The position numbers were made by a program, and so were the translations under genes. Shown here piece by piece: positions 1 to 9,500 of a stretch of DNA of 64,000 nucleotides. Within the stretch, counting starts at the first letter, position 1, and each line of letters opens with the position of its first letter. Source of the DNA: a virus (lineage: Duplodnaviria; Caudoviricetes); the IMG/VR virus record IMGVR_UViG_3300046671_000011, positions 1 through 64,000 of that record. One strand, 5' to 3'. The notes below the pieces were generated by a model. That model worked only from the letters and a program-made list of their open reading frames with translations, had not been told where the DNA came from and did not search any database.

Positions 1-812
1 ATTGTATCACAATTTAGTGTATTATTAATATCGAAGGTATTAATACCTGCACTAAACGCCTTCGCTATCTCATTGATAATCCTCTTACCACCAAGATCGG
101 AACTCGTATAACTAGTTCCTATTAGTCTTGGGCCTTGATAGAGAGTGATGTCGAGGGTAAGCATCCCGATGTCTACAACAGCCGTGATCCCGCTTGTTAC
201 TATCTGTCCAGGCGCAGTTGTATTCCTGCCTGTTAGCCATTGAACGAAAGTACCGAGACCTTCAGGATAGAATTTGAACCTTCTATCCATTGGCTCACCC
301 TTACTATTCTCTACAATCTCACTCACTACCCTGAACTCAAAGGTATATCCATTGATTGCGGACACATAATAAGTTCCGAGTAATGCCTGCTTGATTCGGT
401 CTTGCTCTTTACGATCAGCATAAACCGTCGCTGGCAGGCTTAAGGCTATTACTACCTCGATAGGATTATCATAAACTGGCTTATCCTTCATTGAGTCCCA
501 TGCCCCAAAAGCACGGAATAGACTATAGGCAAATAGCTTTCGATATTTATCTCCACCATATCGGCTCATTGTCATGTGAGACTTTGCCGATTTTGGCTTC
601 GAGAAGATATCTATCTTATCTCCAAAGATAAGCCAGTCGCCTTCAAAGAAGATAGCATCATTCCAGTCTGGTGTATCCTGAGTAACTGCATCTGACTTCA
701 CTCCAAATATCGAAGGAAAGACAAACTGCACTCCCCCATCAGCTACACCCTTAACACCCCAATTGCCTTCATCTAGTGAAAGTAACCTTTCGGGTTGTTG
801 CTTCTTCGCCAT
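1..812 (-). CDS. ParM/StbA-like actin-family ATPase (C-terminus beyond left window edge)
   Basis: Absent from the ORF track because it has no stop in the window. Manual translation from ATG 812 (RBS AGGAGA upstream) gives MAKKQQPERLLSLDEGNWGVKG...VVDIGMLTLDITLYQG..., i.e. actin phosphate-1 and phosphate-2 loops of ParM/AlfA-type proteins; frame open to base 3. Confidence 0.8.
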   Translation of the reverse strand, partial: MAKKQQPERLLSLDEGNWGVKGVADGGVQFVFPSIFGVKSDAVTQDTPDWNDAIFFEGDWLIFGDKIDIFSKPKSAKSHMTMSRYGGDKYRKLFAYSLFRAFGAWDSMKDKPVYDNPIEVVIALSLPATVYADRKEQDRIKQALLGTYYVSAINGYTFEFRVVSEIVENSKGEPMDRRFKFYPEGLGTFVQWLTGRNTTAPGQIVTSGITAVVDIGMLTLDITLYQGPRLIGTSYTSSDLGGKRIINEIAKAFSAGINTFDINNTLNCDT

Positions 813-825
813 TCACTTCTCTCCT

Positions 826-922
826 GATCTATGGATTAACTATGGATCAGACTAACGATCTATGGATTATCCATAGATCAAGTTATGTGATCCATAGATT
901 AACTATAGATGATCTATGGATC
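826..922. repeat. Cluster of ~7 direct and inverted 11-bp repeats ATCCATAG(A/T)T(C/T/A); parC/iteron-like
   Basis: GATCTATGGAT at 826, 857, 911; ATCCATAGATC at 869; ATCCATAGATT at 890; variants at 838 and 901; perfect inverted pair 857-879; directly upstream of the parM-like RBS. Confidence 0.85.
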
Positions 923-1147
923 AATGTCAAGGGTTTTCTTAAATAGTCTTATATAAGACCTTTTAGATGTTGTCTGAGCCTGTTCGAGAGTGGATGAATA
1001 TCCTACGCTAATAAGTTTACCTTTATAGATAACTGACCATCCATAACTCATTTCATAGTGACTATAAGAGACATAAACGTCAAGCTTTGCGTTTTTTAGT
1101 TTCCATTCAGGAGGATTTGACTTCGCACAAAATTCCCACCTAAGCAT
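914..1147 (-). CDS. hypothetical protein
   Basis: 77-aa ORF translationally coupled to the upstream gene; no motif recognised. Confidence 0.55.
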   Translation of the reverse strand: MLRWEFCAKSNPPEWKLKNAKLDVYVSYSHYEMSYGWSVIYKGKLISVGYSSTLEQAQTTSKRSYIRLFKKTLDIDP

Positions 1148-1410
1148 TATTTAATTTCTCCATGCGAAAAATTGTACGATATCAATAAGTCGATCCCATG
1201 ATTGGTTATTCGGTATTCTCTTGCCCGACCAAATCCGCCTACACTTTCGATCAATCGAAGTCTGCGAAGTCCTAACATGATCTCATCACGCAGGAGACTA
1301 TCTTTGCAAACTTCAAGACAGACTTTCCGCAAGGTTTCGGTCTTCTCCAAACCTGTTCGAGAGTTGGATAGTATAGTCAGTACCGCTTGTGCTGCTCGTA
1401 GATCTTTCAT
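1147..1410 (-). CDS. small winged-helix DNA-binding protein (putative)
   Basis: 87 aa with wHTH-like wing LRRLRLIESVGGFGRAREYRITNHG. Confidence 0.5.
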   Translation of the reverse strand: MKDLRAAQAVLTILSNSRTGLEKTETLRKVCLEVCKDSLLRDEIMLGLRRLRLIESVGGFGRAREYRITNHGIDLLISYNFSHGEIK

Positions 1411-2116
1411 TGAGTACGCTTTCTGGAAACTGACGACCCTCTTCAGGAGTCCATCGTTCCCCTTTAGCTAACCTTACCATAGCATCGCTAAATTCCAGGC
1501 CATCAAGTTCATAGCCTGAACACTGCCAGTCCTTATACTGTCGTCTAGCAAACATCTCGAAGAACTCTACTTTTGGTCTACCAAATAATCTCTCGATATT
1601 TGCATTAGCCCGATCAGGTTTCTCACTATGTTCACCTATAGGAGAGAGTATCCATGAACGGACATCTCTCCGAACTCGCAGGACATTCTTCTTCTTAGGA
1701 AAAGTAAAAAGCCAAACATCCTCGACATTCGCACGAGTATAATATCCCATACCAGTCTTAACGAGCTTCTCCATAATGTTATCCATCTCTTCATCGAGAG
1801 GTGGCATTAGAGTAGAACCCATAGTCTTCCTAAGAGATTGCTTATAGCGCTTATTTAACTTTATCCAGGTGCATAACCGGGTCTTATATTGTAAGCCCCA
1901 ATGGGTAGCCAACTTCATAGTAAAGTCAAACTGAGGGGGAGTTGTCCAAAGACAAACCGCGCTTTCATCCTCTCGAAAGGGATCCCATAAGGACTTCCAA
2001 TCCATCATTATCTTAGGAGTAATTGTCTTATAGTGATGCTCTGCTGACCTTCCCTTACCTTTTTCGCTATGAACCTTAAACTCCCAGGGAAGATCAAGCA
2101 GAAATATCTTCGGCAT
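1313..2116 (-). CDS. MT-A70 family adenine methyltransferase
   Basis: N-terminal LLDLPW (DPPW-like motif IV), LWTT, TWIK, GMGYYTRANVE, HSEKP and FEMFARR motifs of MT-A70. Confidence 0.85.
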   Translation of the reverse strand: MPKIFLLDLPWEFKVHSEKGKGRSAEHHYKTITPKIMMDWKSLWDPFREDESAVCLWTTPPQFDFTMKLATHWGLQYKTRLCTWIKLNKRYKQSLRKTMGSTLMPPLDEEMDNIMEKLVKTGMGYYTRANVEDVWLFTFPKKKNVLRVRRDVRSWILSPIGEHSEKPDRANANIERLFGRPKVEFFEMFARRQYKDWQCSGYELDGLEFSDAMVRLAKGERWTPEEGRQFPESVLNERSTSSTSGTDYTIQLSNRFGEDRNLAESLS

Positions 2117-2360
2117 TGTATATCCTTATGTAGTGTTCTAAGTGTCCATATTGAGTCCAAATCTCTTTGGTAATTCCATGTTTTCTGAAAACCCAATAAT
2201 AAGCCTTTCTCTCTAGTTGTTCACTAGAGAGTAAGTCTTTCAAGTCCGATTTCCAGGTATTTACTTCCGAAGGCTTATAACGAATAAATGTTAACCCGTG
2301 ATAATAGCCGTAAAGTTCGCCTTCAAGCCAAGTTCTCATCGGGAAGTACATCTCCCTCAA
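2094..2360 (-). CDS. hypothetical protein
   Basis: 88-aa ORF overlapping neighbours operon-style. Confidence 0.55.
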   Translation of the reverse strand: MREMYFPMRTWLEGELYGYYHGLTFIRYKPSEVNTWKSDLKDLLSSEQLERKAYYWVFRKHGITKEIWTQYGHLEHYIRIYNAEDISA

Positions 2361-3423
2361 TCTCCTTATTGATCTCTTCCTCTGATTGAACCTTAATATC
2401 TATCTCCTTAGCCTTGAACGCTTCTAGGATAGCAACTTCAATTAGACTGGCTTCAAGCAGGTTATCTAATAAGTAATTACGGAGAGCTTCGCGTCCATTC
2501 CATTGCCTGTTGACATAGTAATACCACGCACCTTTGCGGGTAATTACCTTAGCCTCTAAAGCCCAATCAATAATTTCTCCTACTCGATCAGGCCCGACAT
2601 CTGAGCGAAGTCCATACTCACCAGATACCCAATTGAGTCCCCATTTATTCTTGGAGATAACAGCTTTAATCTTCTTACCTACAATCTCGTCACCAGCTTC
2701 TAGTTGACCTATATTGATAAGCTCCAGGGTAAACTGAGAGTTGTGCATAAGAGAATGCCCGCCACCATAGTGAATCTTCTTACGCGCACGGGGATCAATC
2801 ACGGCTCTTGCTTGTTGGATAAAGAAGAATGTCGAGTGCGTCATACGTAGATCCGCGACAAGTTCCGGCAACCATGCACTTAATACTCGTGCAGTATCCG
2901 CTATATGTCGATCTTCAACGTCACCTTGAATACGAGACTCGGTCATCGCATTGTCCAAACTATCAAAGATGACAACCCCACCTGTCGGGCATTTAGAGGA
3001 GTCATTCAAGAACTTACCTGTCATAATTGCAATCTTCTCTAAAGTCATTCGAGGACTATTCTTAATAAGAGAAGTTCGATACTCTGCTACCTCGAAGTTG
3101 TTACCTGCGGCGGAGAGATCAATTCCTGCATCTACGGCCCGCTCAGTATCGAAGGCGCTCTCGGTATCTATATAAAGAACCGACTTTCCTTTCCTAAGAG
3201 CGTCTTTAGCAACTCTATACATCAGTGACGACTTACCTACCGCCTCTTGTCCGAGAATGCGGTTAACGCAGTGTTGAGGAAACCCACCTAATCCTGAGAT
3301 TAGATTAATAGTGAGGGAGCCACTATCGAGGGTTTCAAGTATACGCTTGTATTTATAGGCGGGGATAGCTACATTGTAGCCATCCTCACCCCAAGTCTCA
3401 TCAAAGGTTTTGTCTTTAGCCAT
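2323..3423 (-). CDS. recA: RecA/UvsX-like recombinase
   Basis: Walker A GQEAVGKSS, YIDTESAFD, VIFDSL, GGHSL, KNK and KGAWYY motifs of RecA. Confidence 0.92.
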   Translation of the reverse strand: MAKDKTFDETWGEDGYNVAIPAYKYKRILETLDSGSLTINLISGLGGFPQHCVNRILGQEAVGKSSLMYRVAKDALRKGKSVLYIDTESAFDTERAVDAGIDLSAAGNNFEVAEYRTSLIKNSPRMTLEKIAIMTGKFLNDSSKCPTGGVVIFDSLDNAMTESRIQGDVEDRHIADTARVLSAWLPELVADLRMTHSTFFFIQQARAVIDPRARKKIHYGGGHSLMHNSQFTLELINIGQLEAGDEIVGKKIKAVISKNKWGLNWVSGEYGLRSDVGPDRVGEIIDWALEAKVITRKGAWYYYVNRQWNGREALRNYLLDNLLEASLIEVAILEAFKAKEIDIKVQSEEEINKEIEGDVLPDENLA

Positions 3424-4135
3424 TTAGCCACTCTTTAACTTTAAGAGCAACTTCATTGCCCTTCTTATCAAAGATTTCGCCTTCCGGAAGCGTATAAGCC
3501 CGCGAACCTTCGATCTTCAACATCCCATTCGACATGACGGCGACAATATCAAACTCAAATCCTAACTGTCCATCCTGAATGACAGAGCCAGGATACTTCT
3601 TGATATCAGTCTTACCTGTCATCTTGTCGCGCTCAGGAACTACTTTCGTCTTTGTACGGACAGTGCAGATCACATGAGCCGGAACTGTCTGGATAGTCTT
3701 GATAAGCTGCCTATGAAGTTCCTTTGGTTTCTTCCAGACATTCAAACTCTTATCACTCTCTTGAGCAATATTTACCTGATCGAGCAGGCCACCTTCACCA
3801 TCCCATTCAGGTGATAAGCCGTCAATAATAATTACCTTTGCATTTGCCTCGACAGCCAACCAGATAGCATCAATATAGTTCTTGGCTGAATAATTACCCA
3901 AGTTGATTACTGCCATCTGAGGAAAGTCACGCTTATACTTGAGTGATGAGCGGTTTTCGGTGTCGATTACTGGCAGGATATCTTCTTCACCTGAAAGAGC
4001 CTGAGCAATCTGGAGAGCCGTATAGGTCTTTCCTGACTTCTCCCTACCCTTTAATAGCATACGAAGATAAATATCGTTATAGCCGTTATCCCATTCAACT
4101 TGAGGGACTGCAAGTTTGGTTTTACTGTTCATCAT
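3416..4135 (-). CDS. AAA ATPase, Sak4/AAA_24-like single-strand annealing protein
   Basis: GREKSGKTYTAL, IDTENRS, IIIDGLSPEW and EFD motifs; adjacent to recA. Confidence 0.8.
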   Translation of the reverse strand: MMNSKTKLAVPQVEWDNGYNDIYLRMLLKGREKSGKTYTALQIAQALSGEEDILPVIDTENRSSLKYKRDFPQMAVINLGNYSAKNYIDAIWLAVEANAKVIIIDGLSPEWDGEGGLLDQVNIAQESDKSLNVWKKPKELHRQLIKTIQTVPAHVICTVRTKTKVVPERDKMTGKTDIKKYPGSVIQDGQLGFEFDIVAVMSNGMLKIEGSRAYTLPEGEIFDKKGNEVALKVKEWLNG

Positions 4136-4535
4136 TTAATATCTCTTCCCATTCCTCTAAATAAATTGGTTGATTAGCCATCTCATTGTATGCAGCGATA
4201 GCTGCTTTAACCTCATCGAAACCCCATAATTCGATTGATCGAATTAAGAGAGTTTTACGGCCTTCTTTGCTATCAGCTTTTATCCGGCCTAGATTGGTAT
4301 TGCACCTTCGACAGAGAAGAGCATGAAGAGGGACAGGTAACAAATCTACAAGGTCTGTGTTTGCTATCCTGCCCCTATTATATATCTCGTGTAAATCTAG
4401 TCCTGTCGAGGATGTTTGAGGCTGACCACATAGCCCACAAAAAGGCCCCATGAGCTTAAAGTGGCTACAGATCTTTCTAGTTAGGTTTGCTCTCGTCGTC
4501 TGTCGGGACATCGAATTCCCCATTCTGTTCGCCAA
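4122..4535 (-). CDS. Zn-binding HNH-like endonuclease (putative)
   Basis: CGLCG...LHEI...LLCRRCN pattern. Confidence 0.55.
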   Translation of the reverse strand: MANRMGNSMSRQTTRANLTRKICSHFKLMGPFCGLCGQPQTSSTGLDLHEIYNRGRIANTDLVDLLPVPLHALLCRRCNTNLGRIKADSKEGRKTLLIRSIELWGFDEVKAAIAAYNEMANQPIYLEEWEEILNDEQ

Positions 4536-4770
4536 TGTACATGTTCATCCCTGTAATCAGGCTGACCCGAACAAGATGTGTAAACTCTTCAAAGTCTACA
4601 TTGGTCGAGTCCTTATATAACCTTAGAAAAAGGGCGCGTGCAAAAAGCCATGTACACATCATCATACGTTCACTTAGATGTGGATGTGCAGTTGCAGCCA
4701 TCTCTTTTTCCAAGAAGGCTTCAACTTTTGGCTGAAGATTATTGAGAATGTCTTCGGTTTTTGTGACCAT
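4477..4770 (-). CDS. hypothetical protein
   Basis: 97-aa ORF in operon. Confidence 0.55.
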   Translation of the reverse strand: MVTKTEDILNNLQPKVEAFLEKEMAATAHPHLSERMMMCTWLFARALFLRLYKDSTNVDFEEFTHLVRVSLITGMNMYIGEQNGEFDVPTDDESKPN

Positions 4771-5080
4771 ATTTTTTGTCTGCTAATTCCTTAAGATCTG
4801 TACTTAATACGTTTGCACATTTAGACCATATATAGGCTTGACCAAAGGTCATATCGTTCGCGCTATGTATATCCTGGTTGAAAACTAATCCCAGGAACTC
4901 TTTGCGTTGGGTATCATCTAAATTAATTCCTAAGACCGAAAACTGTGTATAGATCATCTTGGTAATCTGTACACGAGATCGATCAGGAAGTTCAGATAAT
5001 GGGGTATCAGCAATGTCATTGCGCTCACTATAAAGGTCTAATTCTCCAGCCACAAGAGACTGAAGTTTAGTAAGATTCAT
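4739..5080 (-). CDS. hypothetical protein
   Basis: 113-aa ORF with RBS AGGAGA and upstream extended -10. Confidence 0.65.
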   Translation of the reverse strand: MNLTKLQSLVAGELDLYSERNDIADTPLSELPDRSRVQITKMIYTQFSVLGINLDDTQRKEFLGLVFNQDIHSANDMTFGQAYIWSKCANVLSTDLKELADKKYGHKNRRHSQ

Positions 5081-5096
5081 TGTTCTCTCCTGTGTA

Positions 5097-5107
5097 ATTA
5101 TACCACA
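5097..5107 (-). promoter_or_regulatory. extended -10 promoter element TGTGGTATAAT
   Basis: Perfect TATAAT with TG extension; identical 11-mer at 11631-11641 on +. Confidence 0.6.
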
Positions 5108-5117
5108 TTAAGGGGTA

Positions 5118-5471
5118 TTATAAAATTTGATAAGTGAGCAAGTCTTCCGCGCTAAAGCACATCCGACTAATATTCTGCACAAGATCTTCATAAACATTGA
5201 AACCTCCACCACTTATCTTAAGACCTTCTCTTCGATAGTCTTCCCGTACATTTCCTATCCCCAATAAGAAGATAAGATGATTGATGTTATTCATATAAAT
5301 CCCGTTGCCTTCGTGCTTTCGCATAGGTATATAACAGGTAACTACTCGAATAGTCTGCTGACGACTGACTGATCGCTCAATCATATAGATAATAGGCTTT
5401 TCTTTACGCCCAAGCAAAGTCTTGAGTTCGGCTACGGCCTTAAGGTGTTCTTCATGTGAAAATCTAATCAT
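5118..5471 (-). CDS. hypothetical protein
   Basis: 117-aa ORF coupled to the helicase stop (ATGA overlap). Confidence 0.6.
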   Translation of the reverse strand: MIRFSHEEHLKAVAELKTLLGRKEKPIIYMIERSVSRQQTIRVVTCYIPMRKHEGNGIYMNNINHLIFLLGIGNVREDYRREGLKISGGGFNVYEDLVQNISRMCFSAEDLLTYQIL

Positions 5472-7120
5472 GGTAATTCTTCTCCCCCGCGTTGATAGCG
5501 GGCGTTATTTTCTTCTTTTTGCTGTTTTCTTCTATTCTCAGGGTTAGGTAACTTATAAGCAAGGTTATAGGCTCTAATCATATCTGCCTGACGTACAAAG
5601 AACTTGTCATCGGCAGCTTCCAGTATAGGAATTCTAAATTCCTCTAAAGGGTTCATGTCTATCTTAGTCTTAAACTCAGGTGTAATCGCGCGAAAACGTG
5701 GGCCTTCAAAGATAGCCCATACTCGACCAGTCCTACCTTGATTGACTTTCTTTATCTGGAATTGTATCCAGACACTTCTATCTCCAACATCAGCTAAGAC
5801 TACTTGCCGATTATCAAGATTGACAATATCTCTACTGTTGAGATCCTTAACTACCTCTCGATTGACTTGGATATAGATCTGAGGCTTCTGTTCGAGTGCT
5901 CTTGCCCAAGCTGTATGAAATCCGCCCTTTTCGTCAGGAGTTACCTGACTAACAATCAAGGTATTGCAATTCCACTTCTCGGTAGTAATCTTCAAGTCCT
6001 CAGCGCCTTTAGTGGCAACATTCACATATGAAAGATTGCCCTGGCCTGCTAAGGTCTCAAAGTCGGCCTTCTGATAGTAGTCAATGACTACATCGTCTAG
6101 GTGCTTACCTTGCATCTGAAAACTGGCTGCAACTTCATTGATCTGGTTAATCATATCCTGAACAGTATGGCCTGCTAGATATTTATAGATGATCTCACCG
6201 CCATGTGCTTGCCAGGACGCTCGCATTTGGGCCATCTGCGCCATCTTCTCTTTGGGATCACCACGCTCTAATTCTTCTAGAGTGGTGTCTGGTATCCAGC
6301 GTGTACACTGTCGAAGGAGAATAGTTTCTAGGTTATCTTCCATGTGAATAACCAACACCTTACGGCCTGAGACTGCTTGCCACTCGGCATACTGCATAGC
6401 TAATGCGCTCTTACCATCACCAGTAGCTCCAGAGATGACAATCATCCAGCCTGGTTTTATCCGAGGAATAAACGGTCTTAATCCCCAATGATTAGGAAAG
6501 GTTTTCAAAGGCCGTCCGACTTCTGATCGCTTTTCAATGACAATATCCTTGAAGGCTTTCTCCTGCTCTTCCCACTCGGCAGTCACTTCTTGAGTATGAG
6601 TCTTGTTGTCTAAGTTATCCAGGTATTCACGAGTAAAAGCGATGATTTCTTTCTCACTCTTTTTAGCAGTTTTACCTGTCATAGCTTGCAGTAAGAAGGG
6701 AAGTCTTTCGAGGGTTTGAGTACGCCAGATTGACTCCATAGCCCGTTCACGCTTGATAAATTCCGCAAAGTACGCCGCGCCACGCTTGCCTATCGCAATC
6801 AGGTCATTAACTAACTGGTTATAGGCAATATTCTCTGAGTCTGTACTCATCTGAGAAGGGGTAACAATACCATTCCTAAGCATGATATTGGCGAGTTCAT
6901 TTGGATACTTAGGAACCTTCTCCCAATCGGCTATCTGGACAGCCTCAAAGATTGCCTTTGTAAATTTATCAGTCATATCTGAAGGTTTCAGGCTAGTCAC
7001 TGTTCGATGAGTATAGAAGTCTTTATCCTTTTTAATGTCAGGAAACTGGATAAAGCTACCCACATAGAGAACTTCGTGAGTGACAGCGCTCTCAGCATCA
7101 AGGTCTTTAATTGATGTCAT
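5468..7120 (-). CDS. dnaB: DnaB-like replicative helicase (SF4)
   Basis: Walker A GATGDGKS, HMED, VVIDYYQ, SQV, and IKKVNQGRTG arginine-finger region. Confidence 0.85.
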   Translation of the reverse strand: MTSIKDLDAESAVTHEVLYVGSFIQFPDIKKDKDFYTHRTVTSLKPSDMTDKFTKAIFEAVQIADWEKVPKYPNELANIMLRNGIVTPSQMSTDSENIAYNQLVNDLIAIGKRGAAYFAEFIKRERAMESIWRTQTLERLPFLLQAMTGKTAKKSEKEIIAFTREYLDNLDNKTHTQEVTAEWEEQEKAFKDIVIEKRSEVGRPLKTFPNHWGLRPFIPRIKPGWMIVISGATGDGKSALAMQYAEWQAVSGRKVLVIHMEDNLETILLRQCTRWIPDTTLEELERGDPKEKMAQMAQMRASWQAHGGEIIYKYLAGHTVQDMINQINEVAASFQMQGKHLDDVVIDYYQKADFETLAGQGNLSYVNVATKGAEDLKITTEKWNCNTLIVSQVTPDEKGGFHTAWARALEQKPQIYIQVNREVVKDLNSRDIVNLDNRQVVLADVGDRSVWIQFQIKKVNQGRTGRVWAIFEGPRFRAITPEFKTKIDMNPLEEFRIPILEAADDKFFVRQADMIRAYNLAYKLPNPENRRKQQKEENNARYQRGGEELP

Positions 7121-7283
7121 TCCTTAAATACCTTCATAAGATACCATCCAAAGACGCTAAACATTAGGATTAGACAAATAACACTGGTAGCATCAGCCAC
7201 GCTTTCGTGAAGGACATTAGTTAGAACTAAAAAGGTTATTAGTAAACTTACAAGGCAACTATAAAAAATAGTGATTTCTTTTC

Positions 7284-7688
7284 TCAACTTAGATCCAGTG
7301 GACTATTAGAGTCCTCTACTACAGGCGTATCCTCTCGGATCCCTGGACGATAATTTAACCAGCCATAGATGGGCATGGAGTACATACGAATACGGTTGAT
7401 TAACCGTGAGATTGACCATTTTTGCTGCTTAGCATAAGAACAACAATCCTCGACATAACCCTTAAAGTTAGGTTCTGTCTCCATAAGTTCATGTGGAGAT
7501 AGATAGGTCTTACCACTTAGAATGACACCTGCTTTTAATTTCTGTCTGTCGAGGGTTGAAGGCCGTTTTCCCATATAGTGAATAATTACACTTTCAAGTA
7601 TAGTGGGAAGATCAACCTGAGATTGTTCTCTTAGGCTCTCATCGAGCTTCATGGTCATATTCTGTTTAGGGATTTTGAATTTCGGCAT
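7284..7688 (-). CDS. hypothetical protein
   Basis: ORF 7284..7742 in track; likely start MPKFK at 7688 overlapping the primase end. Confidence 0.55.
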   Translation of the reverse strand: MPKFKIPKQNMTMKLDESLREQSQVDLPTILESVIIHYMGKRPSTLDRQKLKAGVILSGKTYLSPHELMETEPNFKGYVEDCCSYAKQQKWSISRLINRIRMYSMPIYGWLNYRPGIREDTPVVEDSNSPLDLS

Positions 7689-8682
7689 TAGGTTCGATCC
7701 ATCGAAAATTATCTCGGATAAATTCGTGCAAAGCCTCTTCACCTTCGGCAGCTACTAAGTCGGATACTTGTTTATATTTAGGTGTCTTGGTGATCAAACA
7801 GGCTCTTCTATCATCTCGTCTTTTAATAGCCTTAAATAATCGTTGTGCGATCTCTTCTCCAGGGCCATCATCGTTATCTTGAATAATGATAGGTATCATC
7901 ACGTTCTTTAAGCACTTATCTATATGATAGAGCCAATCCTTACCGCCCTTAAAAGCGACGGCATTGTAGCCAGCCTGATCAAGTACGATTACATCCTTTT
8001 CGGACTCTACGATAAAAAGGCTCTCACAGTATGGGCCAATTCTTTCCATAGCTGGTAATGAGGTGAGTGGTTGACCAAAAAAGCCGGGTTTCCGAGAGCC
8101 TCTCCAACTAATATATTTGACCATTCGCGGGTCAAAGGCTCGACTGTCATCCCTTCGTATACTTGCCCCTGTAAGGTGACTTTTTCCTTCCCCATCTCTA
8201 ATATAGTATGGTATGAGATAACCTGACCAGAGTCCGTTTTCTCGATAACCAATGTCCCACTTATAGATTGAATGTTTAGAAATACCGAGAGGTACGTAGT
8301 ATTCGGCTGCTCGTTCTTTTGCTTGTTCATTTGTTGACCTTTCAAACTCTTCCATGTCTATATTAGGACGTATAAGATCCTCTAACTTTGGTACTGGTAA
8401 CTCTGGTGGACGAGTTCGGGCTATTCTTCTCTCGATAGCTTTCCCTAAGAACTCTTTAGCTTCTAGAGAAGACATATTATGAGTCTTCATTATATAGATA
8501 ACATCATTGCCGTTCTCACCACAGACCCGACACCACCAGCCAGGTACTTCTGCATAAGGCCACACCTGAAAGCGATCAGTCCCACCACAGAAAGGACAAG
8601 GGCCAGACCATTGCCCGCCCTTGTAGCTATCTGAAGTCTTCTTGAGATTGACCTCTGGTGCAATGAGGTCTAGAAGGTTCAT
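7666..8682 (-). CDS. DNA primase (Zn finger + TOPRIM)
   Basis: CPFCGGTDRF...CRVC zinc finger; TOPRIM VESEKD and QDND motifs. Confidence 0.88.
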   Translation of the reverse strand: MNLLDLIAPEVNLKKTSDSYKGGQWSGPCPFCGGTDRFQVWPYAEVPGWWCRVCGENGNDVIYIMKTHNMSSLEAKEFLGKAIERRIARTRPPELPVPKLEDLIRPNIDMEEFERSTNEQAKERAAEYYVPLGISKHSIYKWDIGYRENGLWSGYLIPYYIRDGEGKSHLTGASIRRDDSRAFDPRMVKYISWRGSRKPGFFGQPLTSLPAMERIGPYCESLFIVESEKDVIVLDQAGYNAVAFKGGKDWLYHIDKCLKNVMIPIIIQDNDDGPGEEIAQRLFKAIKRRDDRRACLITKTPKYKQVSDLVAAEGEEALHEFIRDNFRWIEPNAEIQNP

Positions 8683-9500
8683 TCGTACCGCGTCTTCGTA
8701 TCCACTAAATCTACCAATATTGGTAGATCGTGTTGAATAACTCCATCCTCATCCATAGTTGGCTTTTGTAATCCCTGAAGTTCATAGGTAACATCATATA
8801 GCTCAACACTATGATAAGAAACTCGCTTATCAAGTCCGAGACGAATAAAAGCGTCTTCTTTTTCATTCATAGGATGAATAAAATAGAGATAGGTTCCATC
8901 TTCAAGTAACACCCTTTTAATGTCGATAGGTAACTGTCGAGTGTTTGTATGGCCTTCCTCGTGTAAATAGTCCTCAAACTCCACGCGGCTAAGACTACCT
9001 GCCTGTTCGATAAGGTCATCTAGCTTAGGAAGAGCCTCACTTAAAGGAGCATCGCGCATAATCGCGCCTGCCGCCTGTGCTGCACGCTGCATATTCCCTT
9101 CAGGTAAAGCTAAGAGATCATCTACTGAGTGTGTAAGAAGTCCTTTATTCACAGGATCAACTAGTCTGACCATGAAGTTCTTTAGACTTGATTGTGTAGA
9201 TGCAGGAAGTTCGGTTTCCTCACAGATGTAGGAAAACCAAGCCGCGAAATCATCGAACACTATCTTTTCATTAGGGTCATTCTGAAAAGGAAGTCTTAAC
9301 TCTCGATAAGTTTCCTCTATATAGACGGTGACGATTTGGGCACGTAAGGCAAATGTCGAGGTCTTTACTTCTTTAGCAAGTTCTATTGTTGCCAGGTGAT
9401 CGGCTTCGGCATTGGACTTCCCTTGTTCGAGGAATTTGCCTTTTACCCGTTCAACTCGTCTCAAATAGTTCGGGCTGTTTGATTCGATTAAGTTCGTCAT
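8679..9500 (-). CDS. hypothetical protein
   Basis: 273-aa ORF in replication operon; no motif recognised. Confidence 0.65.
   Translation of the reverse strand: MTNLIESNSPNYLRRVERVKGKFLEQGKSNAEADHLATIELAKEVKTSTFALRAQIVTVYIEETYRELRLPFQNDPNEKIVFDDFAAWFSYICEETELPASTQSSLKNFMVRLVDPVNKGLLTHSVDDLLALPEGNMQRAAQAAGAIMRDAPLSEALPKLDDLIEQAGSLSRVEFEDYLHEEGHTNTRQLPIDIKRVLLEDGTYLYFIHPMNEKEDAFIRLGLDKRVSYHSVELYDVTYELQGLQKPTMDEDGVIQHDLPILVDLVDTKTRYE

Noticed and set aside
826-922. CRISPR array (also 46787-46871) linked to the Cas4-like gene
   Set aside because: Repeats are 11 bp with 0-10 bp gaps and no unique 30-40 bp spacers; no cas1/cas2; solo Cas4-like nucleases are common in phages.
7121-7283. AT-rich replication origin between helicase and primase region
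   Set aside because: No iterons; the stretch reads as a TTG-start ~56-aa hydrophobic ORF on the minus strand.
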